Positions 1 through 12,529 of a DNA stretch of 64,000 bases are shown here, piece by piece. The DNA is from Leucoraja ocellata (Eukaryota), in contig JAWMAR010000328.1 in the NCBI GenBank assembly GCA_036785375.1, positions 558,001-622,000 on the forward strand, given 5' to 3'. The notes under the pieces are model-generated. The model was not told where the DNA came from. It did not search any database and saw only the letters and a list, made by a program, of their open reading frames with translations. The translations under genes and the position numbers were made by a program. Within the stretch, counting starts at the first letter, position 1. Each line of letters starts with the position of its first letter.

Positions 1-16
1 TGGAGAAATATGATGG
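1..16 (+). CDS. CERK: Ceramide kinase, 3' end of a coding exon truncated by the window edge (about exon 5 by homology)
   Basis: Reads xEKYDG then GTAAGT donor at 17; phase 2 joins the next exon to give KYDG-IVSVGGDG, as in vertebrate CERK. Confidence 0.85.
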
Positions 17-351
17 GTAAGTATTTATCCTTATTCAACTTAATCAATTATTTAAGGATTTTAAGTTTTTTTTAATCAAGGTAAATACGAATTTAATTAT
101 ATTTCATGTACAAGAACTATTCTAAACTGTTGCAAAATCAAAAAGCTTCAGTTTTCCTCCCGCTAAATAATCCAGAATTTTCAAAAGCAATGATTTATTG
201 TAGACATCTACATATGCTGACATTACTATTTTTGTAGGTGCTGTTTTGATTTGTTCATTATACATGCCCACTAAATGTGTTAATTTTAATCTAAAATAAA
301 TATTGTTTTGTGACTGGCTAAATTCTTAGGCTGGTCAAATTTTAACATTTA

Positions 352-620
352 CTAGACCAAGTGCAGACCCGTTGGGTCTGTTCCCCCAACGTGCGGTTGC
401 GCGGGGGGGCGACTTCACACGCACACTAACCACCCCACACACACACAAGGGAGGGGGGTAGAGAGGGAGGGGGTAGGGAGGGAAGGGGGTGGATAGGGGA
501 GGGGGTAGAGAGGGGAGGGGTTGGGGAGAGAGAGGGGGGAGAGAAGGGGAAGAGTGGGGAGGGGTAGGTGTAGAGGGGAGGGGTGAAAGGGGGGGAGAGG
601 GGTAGGGGGGGTTACAACAT
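352..620 (-). mobile_element. Non-autonomous Helitron-like element, 3' terminus plus G-rich low-complexity interior
   Basis: Minus strand ends CAGACCC-AAC-GGGTCTG hairpin (364-380), then CACTTGGT-CTAG|T, the canonical Helitron 3' end. The 5' boundary was not resolved. Confidence 0.6.
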
Positions 621-1052
621 ATATTCAATTAGGTTATAACGTCTGTTGAGCCCATAAGTTAAATTAATAAGCTTCAATGACCAATTGAGTAAGGAAAAGG
701 ATGACAAAAAATAAAATGGGAAGATATTTATTTTTATTTGCTGTTGTATTGTGCATTACTCAGATCTGATGTAAATTATGTTTTTCAAATGTTTAGAAAA
801 TAATATCTTGTCTCTCTCATAATGTCTACTTTCACAATGTTGTTACCGGCCCACTATTCTATGATTAAAGTTGCCACTTGGGTGAGATTTAGTCAAGTTA
901 TCAAAGTATTTATGGTGGAAATGTAATTATTGTTTTTTTTCAAATTCATGAGCGTTGGAGAAAAATTAGATTTGGTATATTTTGTAAATTATGCTTGAAA
1001 TATTGATCAATGTTTGACGAAAGTATTCATGGATATTTTACCTTATTGTCAG

Positions 1053-1198
1053 GATTGTTTCTGTTGGTGGAGATGGGATGTTCAGTGAGGTAATGCACGG
1101 TGTGATAGGTCGGACACAAAATAATGCATGCATTAATCAAAATCATCCCGATGCTGAACTCGGTCCATGTGATTTAAGGATTGGAATTATCCCAGCAG
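1053..1198 (+). CDS. CERK: Ceramide kinase coding exon (about exon 6), DAGK-type ATP-binding GGDG motif
   Basis: AG at 1051-1052, GTGAGA donor at 1199; 146 bp; GIVSVGGDGMFSEVMHGVIGRTQ...LRIGIIPAG. Confidence 0.96.
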
Positions 1199-1511
1199 GT
1201 GAGAAATATATTTTATTAAAAAGGCAGCATAAAAGGTCAAAATATTATTTTAAAGTATATTGCAGAATACGTAATGTACATCAACAAATTAGTTGATTTA
1301 TTTCCGCAAAGTAACTGTTAAAACATTTTTGATAAAATTTATACACAAAAATTTTGCCTCCATACGTTTTCATTCAAATCATAAGCTAGAAAATAAGGGA
1401 CTATGTTTGTATTATATAATTCTTCCCATTCTGGACTAAATTCAATGTTTTCTGCTGTGGGTTTTCTTGGATTTTGCCCAAATGCTATTTTGAGCATTGT
1501 AATGTTTTGAT

Positions 1512-1683
1512 TAGTTTAGAGATACAGTGTGGAAACAAGGCCCTTTGACCCACCTAGTTCTTGCCAACCAGCAATCGCCCATACACAAGTTCTATCCTAC
1601 ACACTGGGGACAATTTAAACCTGCGCATCTTTTGGAATGTGAGAGGAAACCGGAGCACTTGGAGAAAACCCATGCAGTCTCAG
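1512..1683 (-). mobile_element. Partial HE1/V-SINE-type tRNA-derived SINE
   Basis: Similar to the copies at 33375-33733 and 50845-51160 (GGAAACCGGAGCAC...AGAAAACCCATGCAGTC; CAGTGTGGAAACA-GGCC tail). Confidence 0.65.
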
Positions 1684-3062
1684 GGTTTGTTGCTCCGGGT
1701 CTTTGTCAAATTTTACCTCGCCCTTCTTTGCTCCAATGGGACCATCCCATTTCCTTCAGTTGTACTGTATGGCCATCTTTCCAGTAAATACTTTCTATAC
1801 ATCTTTTGCCACAACCTTGTTTTCTGCCTTTAAGCCAATTTACTGTTCATGCTGCTACCAATCCTTTAATTCTACAGGCCTCAATTTTGCTAATAAACCT
1901 TTGAGTGGGAATTTATCAAAGTGTATCAGTCACTTCTGAAAATGAATGTAGACAGCAGTTACTATATTTCTCTCATCAACCTTAACTATAATGCTTTCAA
2001 AAATTCAGTCGGGTTAGTCAAACATAGATTTGTCATGGGCTTCGTCTATCTGTCTATTATTAGCTCAAACTTTGAATTGGGATTATACACGCTTGCAGGT
2101 GTATTCTCACACTTTTTTGAATATGGCTGCAATTTTCCATGCCCCTGGCAACTATTCTAGAAAAGATTATATAATTATGGCAAACACTCATTCACCTTCC
2201 ACTCCAGGCAGCTTAGATGAATACCATCTCAACTCCGTAACCTGTATAATTAAAACATAGCGGGCCGTTGCTGTTCTTCTTGCATATCAATTTTCAACCT
2301 ATGTTTTATTCCGTTTACCATCCTTCTACTAATCTTTTGACAGTATCTTCTGCCTTAAAGACATTTAAAATTCCTCCTATGAATAGATCACTTTTCCTAA
2401 TTCTCTAATTGGCCTTACCGCCCACTTGTATTTACGTGCCCATTGAAGATTTCTGTTTCTATAAAGTTTCAATTTCTTCTAATATTCTTTGTCTGCTTGT
2501 TCTGCTTTTCTTTAAATTTTTCCTCCAAGCTTACAATCTTGAGCCTTGATCTCATGGGAATTATTCACCTGATCATGCATCCACTTATCCATTATCCTCT
2601 CAATTTCCTGTTTTGTCATGGAGCACTGGCTTTGATTCTGTTATCCATTGCCCTTGTGGAAATATGCCAAGTCACTATTTGAAACATATATTTTTCTTTA
2701 AAAGTCATCCACTTCAATTTTACATCGCCCTTCAAACTACTGGTCTCTACTATTAATAAAAATATTTTGATCTAATGGCTGCTACTACCTAAGCGTTCTT
2801 CCACTGATTCTTGTTCCATTTGACCCACCCGTCAGCAATACTGATCAAAGAAGTTGTGCTGATCACATTTCAAAAATGTATATATCTTTTAACCTAAATT
2901 GTACTACTATTATCATGGTTTTTTCCTGACTTCACCTTCCTGGTTTAAGTTGGAGAATAGCATCTTCTCACTCTGACAGAAATCCTTAGTTAAGCACTGT
3001 TCGTGCTAACATAATCTTGACAGTAACATTTAAAAAAAAGCCTATAATATTGTCTGTTTCAG

Positions 3063-3137
3063 GTTCAACAGACTGCATATGCTATGCAACAGTTGGAGCG
3101 AATGATCCAGTGACTTCTGCCTTACACATCATTGTGG
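3063..3137 (+). CDS. CERK: Ceramide kinase coding exon (about exon 7)
   Basis: tttcAG acceptor, GTTGGT donor; 75 bp; GSTDCICYATVGANDPVTSALHIIVG. Too short for the ORF track; translated by hand. Confidence 0.95.
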
Positions 3138-4214
3138 GTTGGTGTCTAATTTATTTGATTTAATCTGAAAATGCAAATAGACAGAAAACATGGAACAGCT
3201 TTTGAAAAGCATTGTTAATGATTCATTTCCCTGAATATGACATTTGCTTCCAGGGCTTACTTGGGGCCATGAGTGTATTTGTTTTAATTGTCTCTACTCT
3301 CGAGTTTGAGGGCATCTCTCCTCTCTTCTCTAAAATATTATTAAGGGTGACAATAAACACATAAATCAAATATTGCCGCAATTATTAATTAATTAAAATA
3401 TATTAATTGGATGGAACAATATATCTATGCATTAATATTTAAGAATAATATAGTTTAACATTTTTTAAAGTTTCATTGGCCTAATAATCGTTGAAAATCT
3501 TGCATTTAGGAGCTGCATTGGTCAGTGAATGCTGTGTACATTGTCTAGATTATTTTAAATGCATTTAATATTACACTAATTTATAAAAATGGAATGGCAT
3601 AATTTTGTGAGTAGTCAAACCAATGATAATTGCCCCAGATAGCACTCCACCAGTAATTAAAACCAATAACAGTTGTCCAGCATATCTATCTTTTTGTGGA
3701 AATGGGATAGCTAGTAATTTATTTCTTCAAACCTGGAGGTCAAAATATACAAGCAGTTGTTAAACTTTGAAGTTCTGCCATCAGATTAAGCTGTATTTCA
3801 TTCTTATCAGGACACTGATGGAGACGCTTCAACCAATTGGGTCCAAACCAGCTCCCAACAGAGCAATCACATTGGCCCCTTTTCCTCATTACTTATTTAA
3901 CTGTATCCCCGCTACAGTACAATAAGTAGCGGGGGAATGGTACCATTGCCTATCAACTTGCCTTTTTAAATGTGTTTCTGTTTCTGAACACTAAGGAGTA
4001 GTTTACAATGGGCCCATTAAGTTGCTATCACATCTCTGGAAAGAAAGTAGAGCAGCTACCAGAAACTTGACGTCACAGCTGCACTTTAAAAACTCCTGTC
4101 TAAATATTAAGAATCATTCAGACAAGTACACGGACAGGAGAGGTTTAGAGGGATATGGACCAAACACAGGCAGGTGGGACGAGTGTAGATGGGGCAAGTT
4201 GCACTGAAAGGCCA

Positions 4215-5003
4215 CTGCTTTCCTGTTTTTGGTGGCAAAAACAGGAAAGCAGACTATTATCTAAATGGTGGCCGACTAGGAAAAGGGGAGATGCAGCGAG
4301 ACCTGGGTGTCATGGTACACCAGTCATTGAAAGTAGGCGTGCAGGTGCAGCAGGCAGTGAAGAAAGCGAATGGTATGTTAGCTTTCATAGCAAAAGGATT
4401 TGAGTATAGGAGCAGGGAGGTTCTACTGCAGTTGTACAGGGTCTTGGTGAGACCACACCTGGAGTATTGCGTACAGTTTTGGTCTCCAAATCCGAGGAAG
4501 GACATTTTTGCCATAAAGGGAGTGCAGAGAAGGTTCACCAGACTGATTCCTGGGATGTCAGGACTGTTTTATGAAGAAAGACTGGATAGACTTGGTTTAT
4601 ACTCTAGAATTTAGGAGACTGAGAGGGGACCTTATAGAAACTTACAAAATTCTTAAGGGGTTGGACAGGCTAGATGCAGGAAGATTGGGGAAGTCCAGGA
4701 CAAGGGGTCACAGCGTAAGGATAAGGGGGAAATCCTTTAAAACTGTGATGAGAATAACTTTTTTCACACAGAGAGTGGTGAATCTCTGGAACTCTCTGCC
4801 ACAGAGGGTAGTCGAGGCCAGTTCATTGGCTATATTTAAGAGGGAGTTAGATGTGGCCCTTGTGGCTAAAGGGATCAGAGGGTATGGAGAGAAGGCAGGT
4901 ACGGGATACTGAGTTGGATGATCAGCCATGATCATATTGAATGGCGGTGCAGGCTCGAAGGGCCGAATGGCCTACTCCTGCACCTAATTTCTATGTTTCT
5001 ATG
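4215..5003 (+). mobile_element. 5'-truncated CR1-clade LINE (RT C-terminus + 3' UTR), inserted in an older CR1 3' UTR
   Basis: QRDLGV...KKANGMLAFI...[15 protein letters not shown]...RRLRGDLIETYKIL...FFTQRVVNLWNSLP; (TTTCTATG)n tail; frameshifted. Confidence 0.9.
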
Positions 5004-5605
5004 TGTTCATGCTGTATGATTGATTCTAAGGCTCCACAGACCGCAATCGAGATCAGGATCAAACCCGATCTGCTGGAGCAGTGAAGCCTCACCACTAGGC
5101 GGGGTGGGGTCTACTTGAAATTTCCTGTCTCTAAGCAACCCTGTCACCCTATTCCTTGTCTCTTGTGTCTTCTTTCACTGCTCCTTACTTCAAGCCATGG
5201 CCTTATCACTATACTGAAATTCCCTCGTCTTTTATAACCACAATTATCTTTTCAACAATGGTATGTTTCCAGGTATACCATACTTTTTGAATATCCTATG
5301 AACTGGAAAATTTAGATTTCAATTTTGGCCTGTTTGCAGTGAAGTCTCTCCATCACATGTCCTTTAAGTTGATTTTGTAATTCTTGCTCTGTGGTGAAGA
5401 TCTCTAGTTTTATCCCTGCTTTAGCCTTTGTTTTAATTTTTCTAATTGATTATAAAATAATTAAATTTTTGGTACCAATTTTCTGGTTTATTATACATAT
5501 TACTAATAAATACATCAAAATTTAACAATAAATCTGTTCTACCTTACGTTGAGAGCATTTTTAACATTTGCAATGATTGGTACATTTTGTTTTTTTTTTC
5601 TGTAG

Positions 5606-5758
5606 GTGATTCACAACCCATTGATGTCAGTTCAGTTCACCATCAAAATATGTTTTTGAAATATTCAGTATCTTTATTAGGATATGGATTTTATGGCGAC
5701 ACACTATTGGATAGTGAAAAGAACCGTTGGATGGGTCCATCAAGATACGATTTCTCAG
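5606..5758 (+). CDS. CERK: Ceramide kinase coding exon (about exon 8)
   Basis: Polypyrimidine tract + tAG, GTAATC donor; 153 bp; GDSQPIDVSSVHH...YSVSLLGYGFYGD...RWMGPSRYDFSG. Confidence 0.96.
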
Positions 5759-6685
5759 GTAATCTTGATGTATCATTTACATTTTGGTATATAAGTATTA
5801 TTCTTGCTAAGTGGTCGTTTTTTTAAATTGTAACATTGAATAAGTATATGAATAAGAATCAAAATGAGTTCAAGCATCAATTTCATTAATTGACTGAAGG
5901 TAGTTTTTGTCTAGTTTTCTGTCTCCAGTCACATACACTCTGACTGCTAAATATTTTTATCGTTTGTTAATGTCCGGGTTGGATCATATCACTTTACTCC
6001 GCTTTTGCCTCAGTACACTTGCTGCTGAAACACCCTTTTTTTGTAATCTCTGGATTTAACTATCAGTAAGTCCTCCAGGGTGGTCACTTCTCTTTCACAT
6101 TCAATAATCACTAGTCCATCGAAGGCTTCTACACAAATGCTCTCCAGGAATCCTGGTCATCTACTCTTGCTGACGCATTAGTTCTAGTGTCTTCTTCTTA
6201 AGCCATTTGCTGCTCTAGGGACCATGGGCCATTAGTTCTAGTGTGTCAAATTATTATTTTCAAAATTATTACCCTTCTTTACACAGTGCTCCACGGTCTT
6301 GTTTATTCTTTATTTCTGTAACCTGTTTAATCCCTTAACTCTACATTCTCCATCTCTTGCCTTTTGCACATTACTGATTCTCTTAACTGTCTTTCAGCTA
6401 TTTTGGCTGTACGTTCAGTTATTATGGGGCGTTAGCTCTACACTGCGCTTTAAAAAAAAATTCAATTTGTTTATGTCTCCTACTTTTGATATTGAATCTA
6501 CCTACGTGATTCTCCAATTCTTATTTTGATCATTTTTCCATATCAATCATTCACTTCAACGAACTTGAATAATTCTGCTGTGTTTAGGACATTAAACAAA
6601 TATAGGTTACTGTTGATCCAAAAACCTAGTGCCAAGGGAGCAAGGTGGAATTTATTATCTGCATTTATATCGACCTCATTCAAAA

Positions 6686-8243
6686 TCTTCTATACTTAAC
6701 TAAAACTCTCATCTTGTCCTCTTTTGGTTTGCGTTGTTTTTAAATTTATGCAAAAACGGTATGCAATAGCTCTACGAATTTTCGCCACCTTTCTCGCCAT
6801 TCTCCTGCGCTGCAAGTTTGGTTCAGGTCGGTGGAATATTACAAACGTTTTGAAGGTTTAAATGTCGTAAAAATCTCCCCTTCTGGCACCCGCTGTCAAT
6901 CACCGGCTGTGAGGAGAATAAAGCTGAAGGAGCAGAGTGTGGAGAGTGAGCTGCGTCGGCTATCATGACGAGCCAGCAGCTAGTGAGTGAGTGCGACCGG
7001 CAGCCGTTTGTGAGTGCAGCCGGTGAGTGAGTGAGTGCGACCGGGAGTCGGGGAGTGAGTGTGGCCGGGAGTCGGGGAGTGCCGCTGGGGCCAAGAGCCG
7101 CTGAGCGAGGTCGTACCACCCCCGCCCATACATCCCCCACCCCCCACCCACACACACCCCCCTTCCCCTCCCACACACACCCCCTCTCCACCCCCTCCAC
7201 CCCACATGCCTCCTGCCCACACACCCCACACCACACCCCCCCCGCCCCTCCACCAACAAATCCACCCCCCATAACCCTCCCACCCCACACAGCCCCGCCA
7301 CACACCCACCCCGCCAGAGCGGTAGGCCACTCCAGGAGGCTTCCTCCCCCCCCCGCCTTCACCAGCCCCTGCCTGAAGCCATCCCCGTCCTCAGCTGCAG
7401 AATGCTCCCAACCGAACCCCATCTGAAGCCATCCCCCTCCCCAGACTGCAGGACGCTCCCCGCCCGAAACCATCACAGTCCCCCGGCTGCAGGACGCTCT
7501 CCACCGGCCCCCGACAGCCCCTATCTGAAGCTGTCCTCCTCCCCTGGCTGCAGGACGCTTCTCCCCACCAGCCCCACCTGAAGCCGTCACTGTCGTCAGC
7601 TGCAGGATGCTCCCCACCGTTCCCTACCTGAAGCCGGTGGGGAGCGGCAGCGTTTACCACAGCAGCGGTAGTCCACGGCAGCGGTAGTCCACGGCAGCAG
7701 TACTCGACGGCAGCACTCGCCCCTCTCTGCACTGGCCCCAAACAGACCCCGCCTGAAGCCGTCCCCCTACCCCGGCTGCAGGACGTTCCCCCACCGGCCC
7801 CCGCCTGAAGTCATCCCCTTTCCCCAGCTGTAGAACACAAGAGATGCAACATGAAAGAATGGATTGAATAAATCTCATCTTTAACGTTTAAATTGTTGTT
7901 ATATTTTAAGAGTTATTCGCATTTTAAGCTTTAATAAATCCCTTTTCCACTTGCAGTGCCTACGCAGTAATGCCTGCGTGTTCCACGTCACAATGGGAAC
8001 CCAATGGGCGGGAATGGCTGCGCCGCCGAAGAGCTGCTAAGAGTGGATTGGGGGGGGGGGGGGGGGGGTGTTGAGGGGGGGAATGAATTGAGTGCCTAGA
8101 GGGAGGGGGGAAATGGCAAGGGGCGGAATGGGGGGGGCTGAGGGGAGGAGGGGGGATCAGGAGCATTGCAACCGGAACCTGTCAGCCGCGCCTGCGTAGT
8201 TGGGGGCTATGGATGAGTGGTGGAATATTTCCACTTAGTCTAG
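6686..8243 (+). mobile_element. Non-autonomous Helitron-like element with internal GC-rich minisatellite (CERK intron)
   Basis: Starts A|TCTTCTATACTTAAC..., ends CACTTAGT-CTAG|T (cf. CACTTGGTCTAG at 352-363, minus strand); no TSD seen. Confidence 0.6.
7300..7832 (+). repeat. Degenerate GC-rich tandem repeat (about 55-60 bp units: CTGAAGCC-RTCCCC...GCTGCAGGACGCTC-CCACCGGCCCC)
   Basis: About 7 diverged units visible; explains the Gly/Pro-rich spurious ORFs. Confidence 0.75.
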
Positions 8244-8295
8244 TCTATTGACCTAAAATCTAAGCTAAAACTGTTTAACTTATTTTGCTACATAG

Positions 8296-8401
8296 GTTTT
8301 AAGGCCTTTCTAACTCACCAGTGCTATGAAGGAACAATTTCCTATTTACCAGCAACTGATACATTAAGTAGTCCAAGAGATCAGAGACCATGTACAGCTG
8401 G
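8296..8401 (+). CDS. CERK: Ceramide kinase coding exon (about exon 9)
   Basis: catAG acceptor, GTAAGC donor; 106 bp; GFKAFLTHQCYEGTISYLPATDTLSSPRDQRPCTAG. Confidence 0.95.
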
Positions 8402-9539
8402 GTAAGCAGTTTTGTATTGCATTTTCTGTTAATCTGTTTCTGATCTGTTCATGAATATTGCCCATTTTTATTTTTATTTTATTTACTCCAATTCGATTCA
8501 TGAATTGCTTTCAGTTAACTAACAAATCTGTCAGGTTTTTGGTTGAGAAAATAATAAAAATGGATTAAAAACAATTGATTTATTAATTCTTAAAAATACA
8601 ACATAATATTGGCTTTTCTGAAATAATCACTTTATCAAACAACAAAAAGATAAAATCTGCATCCCCACAACACGTGCTTTTCTAAAGTCAGTGATGGTAT
8701 AAAATGACCCAATCAAATGCAAACAAACAAAACTAGGCAGTTATTATATTTACATTTGATATGTGACTTAATTATTGGAACGTCAAAGCAGTAGATGCCC
8801 TCTACATGCGATATGGGATCTATGAAAGGAGCATACAACAAGGTGCTGGAAGGAACTCAATGGGTCAGACAGCATCAGTGGAGGTAGTGATATAGTCAAC
8901 GTTTCAGGTCACGACGCTGCAGCTGAACTGAATGTGAGAATAACTGTGTATTTCTTTATACACAGTTATTAAGCTAGGAATTTTAAAATCAATAATTCAA
9001 AATCTAAACCTGGTAAATTGGAATATTTCCAAACAGGTTCGTAAAAGAAAATGAAATAAAAAATTGAAATAGGATTGAGAAATAAATATGACAAATAAAA
9101 TATTAAAATTCAAATCAAAGCCAATAGTTGGAACCGGAACAATGATAACTGTTTGGTGCTGGAGGGGTTATTTGGCAATAACCAAGGCATAATATTGTTA
9201 AAGATGAACTTACGTGGAAAGTAATTTTGCTGTGTTCCAGGTGTAAATAACATATACCCATAAACATTTGAATGCGAAATCGCACATTGGGATACCAATC
9301 TAGTAAAACATAGTGAGAAACCAAGCCATTTGGACATTCATTTTCTGATTACCATGTTGGAATCTAGAAGTTACTGCCAGATTTGCACCGTAATGTCAGT
9401 GTACACTGATAGAAATACATAGTGAGATGCAAACTACAGTCCCAGCTTGCTCCTAGATACAGGCACAAGAGAGTGCAGGTGCTGGAATCTTGAGTAAAAA
9501 CAAACTGCTGGAGGAAATCTGTGGGCCAGGCAGCATCTG

Positions 9540-10115
9540 TGAAGAGTTTTGGATCGGACATTCTACTGACTGTCTGTGGATAATCTGTCCCCACAAATAG
9601 AGCCGAGGAGATTAAGAAAGAAGATGTCTGAGATGGTTCAAATGAATTTGGTTAGATGAAAGTAAGAAGGATCAAAAGAAAGGTTGCTGAGGGCAAGGAC
9701 ACATGATGCCAGGTGGAGGTGAATGTTAATTGATGGGAACTGGTTGGCTCTTTGTACCAGGAAAATAAGATCCAGGAAAGAAGATCTTCAGGCCTTCCTG
9801 ATGGGAAATGAAAGGGACTAGACATGCATGGGAAAAATGGTGGGAGGGTGTAAAAATAAGGTAAGTTCTTGAAGTGGTGGAGAATGGGAGGGCACCCTGG
9901 GTATAGGTGGGAGCGGACTGTCCAAATGAGGATAAGATAGAATCCAAGTAAGAAGCGATGAGTTCATTGCGTCGAGAGTGGACGGAAACATTGTACCCGC
10001 CAGGGCAGTCCTGTTATGAGTTTTAAGTAGGAGATAGAAATGGCCAGTGCGAGGTTGGAAAACTCCGGGTTTGAAAGATGATCCATTCTTTGAGTTGGGT
10101 CCCTTCTTCAGACTG
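9540..10115 (-). mobile_element. Decayed Penelope-like element, RT relic
   Basis: Frameshifted motifs HFYLLLKTH, ELIASYLDSILS.FGQS.PTY and SHQEGLK resemble PLE RT (FYLLPKIHK / YLDSILSPLVQSLPTY / IPHQEGL). Confidence 0.65.
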
Positions 10116-10245
10116 GCTATCCATTTACCTCCACAGATACTGCCCCTCCCGCTTAGTTCTTTCAACAGTTTTTTGCTCCAATGTGTTCTCCCATGCCAAG
10201 TATGTAAAAAAAACACTGAACTTAATATTGATGCTCTTATTTCAG

Positions 10246-10313
10246 ATGTGCTATTTGCCAGAACAGTGGAGAGCAATCACAAAAAGCAAGGGAATACAAG
10301 ATTCTTAAAAGTG
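10246..10313 (+). CDS. CERK: Ceramide kinase coding exon (about exon 10), completes the CxxxCxxC motif
   Basis: tttcAG acceptor, GTAAGA donor; 68 bp, phase-compatible on both sides; (G)CAICQNSGEQSQKAREYKILKS, giving C-TAG-C-AI-C across the junction. Confidence 0.88.
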
Positions 10314-11484
10314 GTAAGATTTAAAATGTTTTTGAGTGCAGTCATCAGCAATAATGGACACCAATTCCTCCACTATGGTCCATTTACAGTAAACCCTTGT
10401 TATAATGGACCATAGCGGAGGGAGTGGTTTCTGTTACTGCTGATTGTCCATTATCATCGAGTAGGATACTATCATCGGATGTATTTGAAACAAAAAACTA
10501 CAGATAGTGGTTAATAGACAAAAGGATACAAAGTGCTGGAGTAACTCAGCAGCTCAGGATCTCTGGAGAACATGGATCGGGACCCTTCCTCAGACTGATT
10601 CAGTCAGCGGAGTTACTCCAGCAGTTTGTGTCGTTTCACTTTAAAACTTGTGCAGATTCCACTGGACTGCACCAGCGAGCCCTTCTTCACCGATTCACAC
10701 ACCTCAGGTTGTTGTGGCTCATGTTGTAGACCCCGACAGGGCATGCTTTCTTCAGGCCGCTGCCAATGACAAGACGCGCTCAGTCACCGTGGGGGCTCCC
10801 TCCCCTCTCACCTGCTGTCACTTCCAAGGTGCAGTGTGTCGGCGACTGCGGGGGAGAAGGAGAAGGCGGTGGTGGTGGGGTGGGGTTGGAAGAGGCCAAC
10901 TGGATGACAGGTGAAGCAGGCCATAGCGGTCGAGCTTGAAGCGGACAAGGCCACTGCTGGCAGTGCTGTTCCCCTTGGTCTACAATGTGAGCCGCAACAA
11001 CAGCCGTGTGGTGAGTGCACCTTGCTAATCAGGAGTGGGGTCGGAAACCAGAGCGCTAAACGTCCAGGGAGACGGTGGGAGCCAGGGATAAGTTGGCAGG
11101 TTATTTCATTCACATTCAGTTTACATATTACAGTTTACATGTAACATTCAACTCTACTCTTGTGGAGATTCTGCAGATGATCTAAATGTGCTCCATTAGC
11201 ACCTACCTTACCTCATCTCACCCTAAGAATATATGTTAAACTGCTTGTAAAAGCTGACCCTTGCATTACATAAACTCCCAGAACAGACTTTGTGTACCAG
11301 CCACAGCACCTACTCAGAGTTTAGAAGCCTGTATTGTCGTTTCATTAATCACATGACCTCTGGTTCAGAAAATCAGATAATCCAGAAAGGCTCTGGAACA
11401 GATTGCGCCGATAAATTGGTATTCAACCTGTATAATAAAATACATTGATGGTATATTTCCATTCTAATGGCTGAACCTGCACAT

Positions 11485-11656
11485 AGCACTAAACAAAAAA
11501 TTACAATTTGTATAAAAATGGCCTTTATTAAAATCTGCCAATGTGCACTTTAACTACATGTGATTTTTTTTTTCCTATTACAAATCTCAAATTGTGGAGT
11601 ACAGAGGCAAATAAATAAATGATAGGTCTTTGTCCCAAACATTATGGAGGGCATTG
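11485..11656. mobile_element. Tc1/mariner-type terminal inverted repeat relic
   Basis: Ends ...CAAACATTATGGAGGGCATTG|TA, resembling a CAGTGCCCTCCATAAT Tc1 terminus with TA; no partner end found. Confidence 0.4.
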
Positions 11657-11867
11657 TAGGTCATAGAGAATTTTGCCCAATGCTATTATTTTATCAAACA
11701 ATTAAAAAAAAAATTGTTTCTGAGCATTCCAGACACATTATTGTTTTCAGACGAGAAGTTTTCCTTATCCTAGTCACTTGATTACTATCTGCAAAATATA
11801 AGCATCCTGATCAGATTGTAATCTGCATCTTTGTAATTTATGCAAATTCTGGTTTCTTTTCTTTTAG

Positions 11868-12073
11868 AGGAGCAAAAACAGTGGAAAGTGATTAAAGGAA
11901 AATTCCTGGCTATAAACCTAGCAAATATGAGTTGTGCATGTCCAAAATCTCCAAATGGCCTCTCACCCGCTGCACACCTAGCTGATGGGACGATGGACCT
12001 TATTTTAGTCCGCAAATGTTCAAGATTCAGTTTCTTGAGGCATCTCATCAGGCACACAAATGGCAATGATCAG
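11868..12073 (+). CDS. CERK: Ceramide kinase coding exon (about exon 11), includes the calmodulin-binding-like segment
   Basis: ttttAG acceptor, GTACAG donor; 206 bp; EEQKQWKVIKGKFLAIN...SPAAHLADGTMDLILVRKCSRFSFLRHLIRHTNGNDQ. Confidence 0.96.
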
Positions 12074-12529
12074 GTACAGATCTATTGAATTTTCCTTTTA
12101 ATATTATGTGCAAAACAGTATGAAATTGAAATAACTCTATAATTCAACAATAAGATGCAGTTAACATTGTACATTTTATGCTGTACTCTGCGTGAAAAAA
12201 AAAATGCTTTCATGTGGGAGTATTAGAAATATGTTAATGCTCTTCTGACAGAATTAACAGCTGAGAATAAATCATGACAAATGAACACTAAAATACAAAG
12301 ACATTTTAAAAATTGAAACCTGAATCACCAGTTAGTTTAATCAAGACAAAGGAAGGGTCTAGGGGTTTGCAAAATTACCTTTTACTCAAAGCACTTTTTT
12401 GCACTTGCTGAAAGACTACACTTGCAGGATTTCAATTCTCTTGTATGAAATTCTTGATCTACAGTTTACCAATGAGACAATTGGATCAGGTTATCAATTC
12501 TACAACATTTAACTGCATGGTATTAAGGT

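Noticed and set aside
335-628. Pro-rich 97-aa ORF
   Set aside because: Translation of a G-rich low-complexity tract in a Helitron-like repeat.
6823-7878. Several long Gly/Pro-rich ORFs (up to 264 aa)
   Set aside because: Artefacts of stop-poor GC minisatellite and C-tracts; overlapping in many frames with no recognisable domain.
10385-10465. TA-CAGTAAACCCTTGTTATAATGGAC Tigger/mariner-like terminus
   Set aside because: No matching opposite end found, so the element cannot be delimited.
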